Positions 1 through 8,139 of a stretch of DNA of 42,249 bases are shown one piece after another. The notes beneath the pieces were generated by a model. It saw nothing but the letters and a program-made list of their open reading frames with translations, was not told where the DNA came from and made no database searches. Position 1 is the stretch's first letter; every line of letters starts with the position of its first letter. This stretch comes from a virus (lineage: Duplodnaviria; Heunggongvirae; Uroviricota; Caudoviricetes), in IMG/VR virus record IMGVR_UViG_3300021400_000028, positions 1 through 42,249 of that record; one strand, 5' to 3'. The position numbers and the translations under genes were made by a program.

Positions 1-98
1 TGTGAATTAACTTTAGTAGTCCACAAACCAGACTTGTGTCCGTAGGGACAGTCTGTTTTTGCAAATACTCCGTCTGATATGTATTTTATCTTTGCCAT
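1..98 (-). CDS. Hypothetical early protein, partial (runs off the window start)
   Basis: ATG at 98 lies one base after the TGA stop of the upstream gene; frame MAKIKYISDGVFAKTDCPYGHKSGLW... is open to the edge. Confidence 0.55.
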   Translation of the reverse strand, partial: MAKIKYISDGVFAKTDCPYGHKSGLWTTKVNS

Positions 99-99
99 A

Positions 100-393
100 T
101 CAATCCTCCCTTATTACGGTTTTATCAAGTTCGTAAAAGTGGCGAGCAAAATTCCTAATAGCAAGACATTGCTCTCCATTCATTGAGCCAAACGCATCCA
201 ATAATTTGGTCCTCTCGTTTTTTAATTCCTTTTCGAAATCCACCTCCGACTGCTCCTGCTGGAGAGAGGTGATAATGTCATTTTTTAACTCTTGAAGAAC
301 ACTTCTTCCAACCCAAACAGAGCTACTCAATCCCAAATCTTCAAGTTTGGCATCTATAAGTGCTATCAGTTTTTCCGCGTCAATATATTTCAT
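100..393 (-). CDS. Small hypothetical phage protein (MKYIDAEKL.. type), standard code with TGA stop
   Basis: ORF track 100..471; likely start is ATG 393 because the upstream part overlaps the 444..605 gene. Confidence 0.7.
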   Translation of the reverse strand: MKYIDAEKLIALIDAKLEDLGLSSSVWVGRSVLQELKNDIITSLQQEQSEVDFEKELKNERTKLLDAFGSMNGEQCLAIRNFARHFYELDKTVIRED

Positions 394-443
394 AATACTA
401 AATATGGTTTTCAAGTATTTCAAGCGCCTTTTTAAGACCGGCC

Positions 444-605
444 TTAAAGCCTTCTGTATAGGCACTTCCACTCATCACCGTGTACATTTTCGACTTTGAC
501 AATCTCATTAATTTGATATGAATCTGTCTTCTCGTTTAAAAATGGACTTAAAAGTCCAATAATAATTAATAAAATAAATAAAGCTATTATTATTGTATTT
601 CTCAT
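444..605 (-). CDS. Small membrane protein (53 aa)
   Basis: Manual translation MRNTIIIALFILLIIIGLLSPFLNEK...YRRL*, with an N-terminal hydrophobic helix; below the ORF-track cut-off. Confidence 0.6.
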   Translation of the reverse strand: MRNTIIIALFILLIIIGLLSPFLNEKTDSYQINEIVKVENVHGDEWKCLYRRL

Positions 606-708
606 AACATTTCAAAATTAAAAACCCACAATGCTAGAAAATTTGGTTGGCTTAATTGTATATCTGGTTTAACATATATACTTAAACATTATGGGTTTTA
701 AATAAAAA

Positions 709-734
709 CTACTTGTATCTCACGACAGAAGTAG
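709..734 (-). terminator. GUGA-tetraloop hairpin plus U-tract (copy 1)
   Basis: Minus strand CTACTT-CTGTC-GTGA-GATAC-AAGTAG followed by TTTTTATTT; 13-nt core identical to 7861-7873. Confidence 0.55.
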
Positions 735-789
735 TAAATAATTATGAAACGATTACCACATCTCTATCTTTCGATAGAGTGAGGCAATT

Positions 790-1256
790 TTTTACCACTA
801 TAGCTTTCGCTACCAACAATAAAATTTCATTACTCCACTCATACTTACATGTTTTTGGCTACTATTTTTGTAACTGCGGGTTTTTATATTTCAGACCAAT
901 CCCGTCTTAGATTTATGGACTTTAATAGTATGTTTTGATATTGTTGTTTGTAGTCTGGGACTGTATCTTGACCGTATTGAAATCTAGCTAGATTATCCAA
1001 CTCTTTCACAAGGAACTCAATCCTTGCCACCATCTTGAAGGATAAATTTCAACTTAGGCCCCTCCTGTATCTCGTCTCTACACACTGTCTAAGGTGTTAG
1101 TCGGGCCTGGATAACATTTAAACTCAGCTATTCCCCTTGTGAGTCCTATAACATTGGTTCGGTATAAGCATATAATATCAGAGGTATTCACCCCACACTC
1201 TTACGAGCAGCGACTTTGGACATAATATTACTTAGCTTCCACCGAATTAGGGAGGT
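790..1256 (-). ncRNA. Group I intron-like ribozyme core, intergenic and apparently degenerate or repurposed
   Basis: Minus strand elements in canonical order: P AATTCGGTGGAAGC (1235-1248), Q GCTTATACCGAACCA (1155-1169), R GTGTAGAGACGAG (1071-1083), S AAGATACAGTCC (958-969). Helices: P3 CCTCC/GGAGG, P4 TTCGGT/ACCGAA, P8 TTGAAAT/ATTTCAA, P9.0 ACTAC/GTGGT, plus a TAGC-GAAA-GCTA hairpin (801-812). Confidence 0.75.
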
Positions 1257-1260
1257 TATT

Positions 1261-1617
1261 TTATAGATTATTAAGCTCGTTATATCTACGAACTATTAAT
1301 TCACGTTGTGAACGTGATAATTTTGATTTCTTTTCCTGAATTAAATTATATTGGGTTTCAAGAATTACCCAAAAGAGACAACCCATTTCATCTAAACGAC
1401 GTGTATCTGTTTTAATTTTTGGATTGAGGGTTGTAAGAATAACATCATTTAAAGATAAAATTGGAAATACTGAATAATTTTCGCATATATCTTTAAATGT
1501 TAAATCCTTTTCAACTTCCAAATTCATGTTCTCAAGAATCTCATCGTTTCTTTCTTCTTTATCAAAGAAAATGATTCTATCGCTTGGGTTGTCTTTAAAG
1601 TGACATAAAACAAACAT
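1261..1617 (-). CDS. Hypothetical early protein
   Basis: 118-aa ORF in the minus-strand early gene run. Confidence 0.7.
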   Translation of the reverse strand: MFVLCHFKDNPSDRIIFFDKEERNDEILENMNLEVEKDLTFKDICENYSVFPILSLNDVILTTLNPKIKTDTRRLDEMGCLFWVILETQYNLIQEKKSKLSRSQRELIVRRYNELNNL

Positions 1618-1691
1618 AACAAATATTTAAAAAATACTCTAACCACTGACTACCAATCCCAAGCTGGGAACATGTTATAAGATACGTGTAG

Positions 1692-1952
1692 TCACATAGA
1701 TTTCAGAGCTGGAAGATTTTCGATTTCATTTATAAGTTCAATTAAATCTGTTTTTGATAAATAACCAACAGAATCATCCATAATTTCTTCTTTTAAAGGA
1801 GACATAGACAATTCATATGGAGCACCATATACATGTGCAGCAAGTTCACCTTTTAAGACATGAACTGTATATCCATTCTTTAAAAGGAGTGAGGCTTCTT
1901 GCGTTGTCTCACTCCCTTTATATGGATGAAATTCCAAATCTTTAAATTTCAT
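1692..1952 (-). CDS. Hypothetical early protein (MKFKDLEF...GYLS type)
   Basis: 86-aa ORF; TAATG overlap with the upstream gene; TGA stop. Confidence 0.75.
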   Translation of the reverse strand: MKFKDLEFHPYKGSETTQEASLLLKNGYTVHVLKGELAAHVYGAPYELSMSPLKEEIMDDSVGYLSKTDLIELINEIENLPALKSM

Positions 1953-2101
1953 TACTTACACATTCTATGGTTAAATGGTACTGCTGCATTTACTTTGCAG
2001 GGAAACCATTGTACTTGTTTCTGACGTTTTGTAGCACCACTTTTTTCTACAATTTCTACTTCTACAGTGCGCTTAATGCTGATTGTACGAGTCTTTTTCA
2101 T
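1952..2101 (-). CDS. Small basic protein (49 aa)
   Basis: MKKTRTISIKRTVEVE...RMCK*; ATGA overlap with the upstream gene and TAATG overlap with the downstream gene. Confidence 0.65.
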   Translation of the reverse strand: MKKTRTISIKRTVEVEIVEKSGATKRQKQVQWFPCKVNAAVPFNHRMCK

Positions 2102-2520
2102 TTGATTCTTGCGATTAATTCGATTGTGTGTCCATTTTGTTTAAAAGTTGTAATAACAAATTCTATTGCTGAAGAATTATTTTCTTTACTAACAACTTTT
2201 TCCTTTTTAGAAACTTTCTTCTGTTTATTGACATAAGACATTGCTTCAATGATTTTATCAACTAAAGTAATGTCTTTTGGATTATTCGGTGCAGAACAAC
2301 GAGTCCATTTGTTAGGATTGTCTTTATCTACACTGAAAATTTTCTGAAGATCAAATCCATCTACATCCTTTTTAAAGGTATGTGTGATTGCTTTTCTAAA
2401 AGTTTGAGCTGTATTTGCAGACAACCCAAGTTTAGAAGTTGCAACTGGATCCTCTCTTTCTACGAGTCTTGCTACTTGTGTGAATGCGGCTGCGATTTGG
2501 TTTTTGTTAAAGGTTCTCAT
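2098..2520 (-). CDS. Hypothetical early protein
   Basis: 140-aa ORF ending in a TGA that overlaps the next ATG. Confidence 0.7.
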   Translation of the reverse strand: MRTFNKNQIAAAFTQVARLVEREDPVATSKLGLSANTAQTFRKAITHTFKKDVDGFDLQKIFSVDKDNPNKWTRCSAPNNPKDITLVDKIIEAMSYVNKQKKVSKKEKVVSKENNSSAIEFVITTFKQNGHTIELIARIK

Positions 2521-2695
2521 AAAACGTGTTGTTGTACAATTCGTAAAAGTTCAAGAAAACTTCTTCTTTTGTAACACCAAGAGCAATAACCATATTATTA
2601 TTGTACTCGTAAGACATAACGTATTGCTCTTGGTGTATATAGTATGAAATCTTTAAAGAGTTAACTAATTGAATAGCTAATTCTAAATTATTCAT
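2507..2695 (-). CDS. Hypothetical protein
   Basis: 62-aa ORF overlapping both neighbours in operon fashion. Confidence 0.6.
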   Translation of the reverse strand: MNNLELAIQLVNSLKISYYIHQEQYVMSYEYNNNMVIALGVTKEEVFLNFYELYNNTFYENL

Positions 2696-3167
2696 AAAGA
2701 GGATTTAGTTTTTCAAGTAAATCCTTGAAATTATCCAAGAATTGTACAGCAAGTTGTTTTGTTTTGAAACTAAACACTCGATATGAAGCCAAAACCGTAT
2801 ACAACTCCCAATGTCCTTTATTAGATCTATTAAGGACATAAGTTTTTGAATCTCTAGAAGATTGTTTTGGACTCCATCCGTCATTATAATAATCACGAAG
2901 CATCATTAACTGACAAAGAGCAAGAATTGCTTCTGCCTTTTCTTTAGATGGGAGTGTGTTTTTATCAACATCTGTAAGACAATCGCTTTCATTTAGTGAA
3001 TTAATTTTACAAGTACTAGCAACGTAGCATTCATTACCAGTTATTTTATATATCTTACAAAACTCTTCCCAAGTTTTTGGCAATACTTTTTCTTTTGGAA
3101 CAATTTTATATTCAGACTCAGATACCTTTACAAGCTGATAACCTTCCGGAATTGTAATAGTTTCCAT
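2688..3167 (-). CDS. Hypothetical Bacteroidota-phage protein (LPKTWEEF ... QLMMLRDYYNDGW.P ... FLDNFKDLLE)
   Basis: 159-aa ORF; motif pattern familiar from Bacteroidota phage early genes. Confidence 0.75.
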   Translation of the reverse strand: METITIPEGYQLVKVSESEYKIVPKEKVLPKTWEEFCKIYKITGNECYVASTCKINSLNESDCLTDVDKNTLPSKEKAEAILALCQLMMLRDYYNDGWSPKQSSRDSKTYVLNRSNKGHWELYTVLASYRVFSFKTKQLAVQFLDNFKDLLEKLNPLYE

Positions 3168-3529
3168 ATTTTGTAAACTTTTTCGTTCTCAAAAATTATA
3201 AGTTTATTTGATACAATATCATCGTTACAACCTTTAAAGTAAGATGTTTTGGCCGGAATTATTGCAATATGTGTTCCATAATTAAAATTAGTATAACTGT
3301 GTATACCCTCATTAATCATAGGAACTATACGAATTTCATAGGTTGGTTTTAAATAATATTTATATTCTAACTTAGCAATTCCAAATATATTAAATTTTAC
3401 AGGAAACTGCATATATGGAGTAATATATCTATCGTTCAATTTAAATAAAGCTTTACCAACAAGAATATGTGATTTACTTGTTTTTGGAACTAAATCTAAA
3501 TGAATATTTCTATCAATTACAAGACACAT
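3128..3529 (-). CDS. MCLV-family hypothetical protein, paralog 1
   Basis: Likely start MCLV at 3529; shares GxHSY, AIIP...Y..G and IVSN.LIIFE with 3812..4231. Confidence 0.75.
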   Translation of the reverse strand: MCLVIDRNIHLDLVPKTSKSHILVGKALFKLNDRYITPYMQFPVKFNIFGIAKLEYKYYLKPTYEIRIVPMINEGIHSYTNFNYGTHIAIIPAKTSYFKGCNDDIVSNKLIIFENEKVYKIWKLLQFRKVISL

Positions 3530-3533
3530 TTTA

Positions 3534-3815
3534 CTATATTTTACCAGAACAAATTCTTTCACCTAAATGATTGAAAATTGTAATAAAATTACCTATTATA
3601 ATATATCTATAACGAATATTGTTAAATTGATCTCTTAATACATATATTGCAGATCCTTCACTCCAATCTTCATATTCAAATTTATTAAAGATCTTTTTAA
3701 AACTACGAAATAGTCTATTATTTAAAGAATTACGTTCTTTTAAAAGACAATAAACATACGTTATTGTGAATGCTGTAATAAAATTAATCAATAATATGAT
3801 TAAAAAAGTTTTCAT
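3534..3815 (-). CDS. Small membrane protein
   Basis: 93 aa with an N-terminal hydrophobic helix. Confidence 0.65.
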   Translation of the reverse strand: MKTFLIILLINFITAFTITYVYCLLKERNSLNNRLFRSFKKIFNKFEYEDWSEGSAIYVLRDQFNNIRYRYIIIGNFITIFNHLGERICSGKI

Positions 3816-4231
3816 AACTCAATAAATGTGTTTTGTTTACTGTATTTCTCAAAATCATCGTATGTTTCAAAAATAATGAGATTATTAGAAACAATTTGGT
3901 TATCTAATCCAATAAAGTATTCACTACCTTTTGGAATAATTGCCAAATGTTTTATAGTTCCTCTATCTGCATAATAATTACAAAGATGTATACATTCTTC
4001 TTCTTTATAATATGAATGTAATCCATAGCTAACTATAACACTGGTATTTTTTTCTAAAAAATTACCAATGTTACATATTCCATTAACAAAAGTAATTCGA
4101 AAACCATAAAATGGTGTATAACAAACTAGATCGCTATGACATAGTGCCTTATATACAAGAATATTATCTTCCGCAATACGTGGTTTATCTAATTCATGTG
4201 AATGATAAATAAGAGATTTTACTAGACACAT
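3812..4231 (-). CDS. MCLV-family hypothetical protein, paralog 2
   Basis: 139 aa; GLHSY, HLAIIPKGSEYFIG, IVSNNLIIFE; TGA stop overlaps the next ATG. Confidence 0.8.
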   Translation of the reverse strand: MCLVKSLIYHSHELDKPRIAEDNILVYKALCHSDLVCYTPFYGFRITFVNGICNIGNFLEKNTSVIVSYGLHSYYKEEECIHLCNYYADRGTIKHLAIIPKGSEYFIGLDNQIVSNNLIIFETYDDFEKYSKQNTFIEL

Positions 4232-4323
4232 AATTTAATATACTTCGCATTAAATTTAAAAGAGAAACCTCCGGCAAAATGTATAAAATCCGGAGGTTGT
4301 GCCCAACAAAAGAACCATACATT

Positions 4324-4662
4324 TTAAAAGAAATTGATAAGATCTAGAGAAGTAATCTTCATTCCTTTATTAGTTTGAATACGAAATAAACCTGAAGGAA
4401 GCAGTTTCATTTCGTAGATTTCATATAGATGCTTGAATAGTTTAGCACGAAGCTTTCCTTGACCTACATAGCCTTTGAAATCTTCTATAAATTCCTCATG
4501 ATTAAGTTCACGAAGATCACGAATGTTTTCAATTGGCCAAATAGTTAGGTTAGGGTGATCTTTCTTTAAATCTGAAATGACTGATGTAACTTCAGATGTC
4601 TTCACGTTAATTGAAGTAATGGAAAGACGATTAAACGGAGTGGATTGAATTAAGAGGTACAT
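4324..4662 (-). CDS. Hypothetical early protein
   Basis: 112-aa ORF followed by a hairpin at 4267-4298. Confidence 0.7.
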   Translation of the reverse strand: MYLLIQSTPFNRLSITSINVKTSEVTSVISDLKKDHPNLTIWPIENIRDLRELNHEEFIEDFKGYVGQGKLRAKLFKHLYEIYEMKLLPSGLFRIQTNKGMKITSLDLINFF

Positions 4663-4912
4663 AACTTTATGGTTTTAATTGTTAATAGTTGCCGTTAAAG
4701 GGAGGATGGTTCGATTTTTGATTGGATTGGATTTGAAGAAAAGGAAGGACGAGGAAATGGAACACTTCGCCCTTCCACACCATTAACACTAAAACCAAAT
4801 CATAACCAATCACACAAAATCGCTCAGAACTTTTCTATTCGGTCAGGAATGGAAAAATTAAAATATATTTACATGTACAGAGTATGATTTTATATCATTT
4901 TTTGTACAAAAA

Positions 4913-4944
4913 TTTGCAAAAATAAAAATTTATATTTATATTTG
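4913..4944 (+). promoter_or_regulatory. Bacteroidota primary-sigma promoter (-33 TTTG / -7 TAnnTTTG)
   Basis: TTTG 4913-4916, 20-nt spacer, TATATTTG 4937-4944; upstream of the iterons and Rep-like gene. Confidence 0.7.
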
Positions 4945-5016
4945 TATAGAAAACATTGATTATGATATTTAGCTCGCCTCGCGCGTATTAATTTACGAAG
5001 TAGTAAGTATAGTTAA

Positions 5017-5143
5017 TAAGTCTATAAGTCTATAAGTATATAAGTATAGTTTGGCACCTGAAAATGGCTTCTGCGCACCTGAAAATGGCTTCTGCGCACC
5101 TGGATTTTCATCCTGCGCACCTGAAAATTAAGTGTGCGCACCT
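5017..5143 (+). repeat. Iteron-like array plus AT-rich 8-mer repeats (putative replication origin)
   Basis: Four TAAGT(C/A)TA 8-mers (5017-5048), then GCACCT at 5054, 5075, 5096, 5117 and 5138 (exact 21-bp period); the first two 21-mers are identical (GCACCTGAAAATGGCTTCTGC). Confidence 0.8.
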
Positions 5144-5183
5144 ACATAAAAACTAACTTAAAACACTACAAAACTTTTTATTT

Positions 5184-6008
5184 ATGCAACATGCAGAAAT
5201 ACCAAATGTTTTAACGGAGTTAAAGTCAACAAATAACAAAACTCCATCACTTGAACCAGGAGACAAAGTTGTTTATGCTATTATAAGAATGCATATGAAT
5301 GAAACACGCACTTGTTTCCCATCTCAAGATTTAATTAAGAAGTACGCACATTGCGGACAGAAAAAAGTTGAAGATGCCATAAAACGTTTAGAAAAAGCCA
5401 AATTACTTAAAATTGGCAAAATTAAACTAGAAAATGGCAAATGGTCTAGATTATATACTATTCCCAAAACAGAATTTGATAAATCTTTTGAACGTTTTAC
5501 TCAGGATTTTCTAACAATGGACATTCCACTCCATTTAAAAGAATATATAATGGATCTACAAATATATATGTTCGTTCATCCAAATTCTAATTCTGCTGAT
5601 TTTAGCCAATCCAATCTAACGTTAGCCAAAAATACTGGATGAGATGTATCTCAAATAAATAAATTTGATAAACAATTAATTGAATTAGGAATAGAAAAAC
5701 AAGAACTATCTGGAAAGATTGATCAATCAGGATTACCTATAATGAAAAAGATTGTTAATTTAGACACAATTAATCAAGCCCAACTTTGAGTTCGAGCAGT
5801 AAACAATCAATTAAATGAAACTCAATTACAAGTTGATGAAGTAAACGATGCAGTAGATTCACTTCAAACAAAAGTGGATGATTTAACTCAAAGGGCTGCA
5901 ATACGAGATGAAATGATTGCAAAACAACAAGATGAAATTGAAAATCTTAAAAAATTACTTGTTGCTAATGGAATTGATATATCTCTTCAAAAAGAATATG
6001 AATTTTAA
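5184..6008 (+). CDS. Winged-helix (HTH_36-like) replication-initiator-like protein, 274 aa with TGA=Trp
   Basis: N-terminal VVYAIIRMH...CFPSQDLI...KVEDAIKRLEKAKLL wHTH; two in-frame TGA, after which the frame continues through a second HTH-like segment (LTLAKNTGWDVSQINK) and a coiled coil to TAA 6006-6008. Confidence 0.75.
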
Positions 6009-6080
6009 AAAAAATAACCTCCAGAGGAGCATCACACCCATCTGGAGGTCAAAAAACATAGCAAAGCTTCAGACAGCTTG

Positions 6081-6120
6081 GTGTCTTGGACTGGTTTCAT
6101 CCAATCCAAGACATTTTTTT
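6081..6120 (+). terminator. Intrinsic terminator
   Basis: TGTCTTGGA...TCCAAGACA stem followed by T7. Confidence 0.7.
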
Positions 6121-6121
6121 G

Positions 6122-6890
6122 TTTAGGCTGAGTCTTGACCTATACAATCACCATTTTCATCTCTTTGCGAGACTAGAACACATCCTTTTGGGATAGGTGA
6201 CACAGAGACGGATTCATAGGTTCCGCAACCACTACACTTAACGATATAAACTACTCCTTTCATTAGCTGTCCTTGCGAGTAAATGACATGCCTGCCAACC
6301 AGTTTAACTAATTGTTTCGCTTCACAGATTGCCTTGCGAGCTCACTGCGTCTCCATATTACAGGAGAATAACTCTGTTGTTGCTAAGTGTGCACAACACT
6401 TTTTGCTACTAAAATTCAACTTTTTGTAAAAATTAAAATTTTTGTAACAGATGACCTGATTAACCGTGTGGTTGTGCTTGAATAGAATGCAGCCTTTTGA
6501 GCTGTTTACCTATCAACACGGTTATGTTACTTGTCCGCCAAGACTTTCACTTTACTAATTGTTCGAACCTAAGATTTCTCTAATCTATAGACCGGCATGT
6601 CTATAGCACCAGCCACGGTGTAGGTCCACTAATTTTCATCATAGACGCTATAAGGATGGCTAATCCTGTTTGGCATCTAAGCAAGTATGTTTGTCCCTGT
6701 TACCAGGCAAGGAGAGATGGTCAATCCCTCCGTAACAACCTATCCACTCTGCCCGAGTGTACACCAGTCATTACTATGCATACTGTGGCTTTCTTATGAA
6801 CAGCATTTCTACTGCGCATCACCTCACTGTTAATGGTGACACTTTATCCTCTCACGAGTTTATTCTATCGACAAGAAGCCTGCCGTTACG
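6122..6890 (-). ncRNA. GOLLD-like giant structured RNA (~770 nt)
   Basis: ORF-free and richer in GC than its flanks; many hairpins including GNRA-type loops on the minus strand; two halves joined by an AT-rich linker (~6400-6445). Motif order (GATAAAGTG, ACACTCGGGCAGAGTGG, CTCAAAAGG, AAAAAGTGTT, GGAGTAGTT..AGTGGTT, CCCAAAAGG, terminal CTCAGCCT) matches my recollection of GOLLD-family sequences; not verified with a covariance model. Confidence 0.65.
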
Positions 6891-7328
6891 TGAAGACGTA
6901 AATAGAACCCCAGATTGATTTCACTCTTTCTGGGGTTTGTTGTTTTACAGGGAATAGGTTCATCACCCTGTGATGTAGTCTGAAGCCTGATCACTACTTC
7001 GGAGAGTTAGTTTAAAATGGACTCACAACCATACAACATAAAATAATAATGAAGTTGTTAATCGGTTACTCCAAGCCTAGCCGTTACTCAGAAGAAACCA
7101 CTTAAGGCTCTATTGCTGATTCACGTTACTGCAATATTACTCCAATCATGTTAGCCCGCATCATGCTTAGCGGGAGCCTTGGTTACCAAGCCCAGGATAA
7201 TGTAACTGTTGTATAGGATTCGCTACTCCTATTGGTCAGTCTCTCGTTTCCTCTTGAAACTACAAAGTCACCACAATATCTGTATTATAAGCCCAGGGTG
7301 TCAGCTAGTTAGTGTATGGCTAGCAAGC

Positions 7329-7439
7329 TTATTCCACTACATTCCCATATGTAAGCAACTGTGCTGCTTCATTAGAAGTAATAAGCCCAGAGGTGACTTC
7401 TGCACCTAAATCATCAATAAGATTTAATATCTCTTCCAT
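7329..7439 (-). CDS. Possible 36-aa peptide
   Basis: MEEILNLIDDLGAEVTSGLITSNEAAQLLTYGNVVE*; preceded by an AT-rich leader; overlaps a hairpin. Confidence 0.45.
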   Translation of the reverse strand: MEEILNLIDDLGAEVTSGLITSNEAAQLLTYGNVVE

Positions 7440-7483
7440 AGGGAATAATTTTAAATTAGAACTTTAGAAGAATATCACTTCTT

Positions 7484-7813
7484 CTAAAATTTGTTCGCTT
7501 CACGCTGGCAAATAAAGATTATTGCCTGTACCACATCAAAAGGAAGAATCTCTTTGTATGGTATAGCAATATCAATATCTACCCACTCTTCCTTCTCATT
7601 AGCTAAACAAAATGCCAACTTAGCACCTTGTTTATCTTTATAAGAAATTAGAGTCCATGAACCAACAACTAAATTATCCCTTTTGGATAGGATAATTCCA
7701 CATCTACCAAATGGATGCGATTCAACTACTACGAGTTGAGCATTACCATTTGCATAAATGCGATTGCAATTCATGATTTCACGAGCGGAACGGATGTTGA
7801 TGTTTTTGTTCAT
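7484..7813 (-). CDS. Hypothetical early protein
   Basis: 109-aa ORF with an AT-rich leader. Confidence 0.7.
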   Translation of the reverse strand: MNKNINIRSAREIMNCNRIYANGNAQLVVVESHPFGRCGIILSKRDNLVVGSWTLISYKDKQGAKLAFCLANEKEEWVDIDIAIPYKEILPFDVVQAIIFICQREANKF

Positions 7814-7853
7814 AATTTTCTTGGTTTTGGTTTAATAAAATAATAAATAAAAA

Positions 7854-7881
7854 CTCAGTCGTATCTCACGACAAGACTGAG
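7854..7881 (-). terminator. GUGA-tetraloop hairpin plus U-tract (copy 2)
   Basis: CTCAGTC-TTGTC-GTGA-GATAC-GACTGAG followed by TTTTTATTT. Confidence 0.55.
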
Positions 7882-8104
7882 AAACCGAACATGAAAAACA
7901 ACATCTGGAACCCTGAATTGATATCACTCTCATCAGGGTTAAAACTATTTCATTACATAGATTGTTCAGTACAATCTACAAAACTTTTGACTTCATATCT
8001 TGGTTTGTCGTCTATATTTCCTCAATATCACAATCCTCAATAACCATAAACATTCTCAAGGATTGGATCAGTAAGATAAAAACGACCTAAACTACTATCA
8101 ATTC

Positions 8105-8126
8105 AAAGGTCTCCGGAGAGACCTTT
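8105..8126 (-). terminator. Hairpin or terminator after 8140..8604
   Basis: AAAGGTCTC..GAGACCTTT inverted repeat. Confidence 0.55.
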
Positions 8127-8139
8127 GATTGTAATGAGT

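Noticed and set aside
713-910. Plus-strand ORFs 713..910, 5917..6126, 7209..7409, 10678..11031 and 11791..12072, and similar short opposite-strand ORFs
   Set aside because: They overlap structured RNA or better-supported code-4 genes and have no recognisable motifs
5054-5143. Possible mini-CRISPR array
   Set aside because: Period is only 21 bp with no unique spacers of normal length and no cas genes; fits iterons
956-6150. Homology between the 790-1256 RNA and the 6122-6890 RNA (shared GGTCAAGA..CAG)
   Set aside because: The match is short; the first has group I architecture and the second does not
6540-6600. tRNA or suppressor tRNA from GGTTCGAA (also 4708-4714)
   Set aside because: No closing T-stem or cloverleaf; no tRNA recognised anywhere in the window
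7140-7210. Twister- or pistol-like ribozyme on the plus strand (GGTTACCAAGCCCAGG, TAAGCCCAG)
   Set aside because: The required P1/P2 context and pseudoknot partners could not be built; local transcription appears to be on the minus strand
7909-7940. Second hammerhead (CTGATGAG on the minus strand)
   Set aside because: No stem II followed by GAAA; the sequence is part of a simple hairpin
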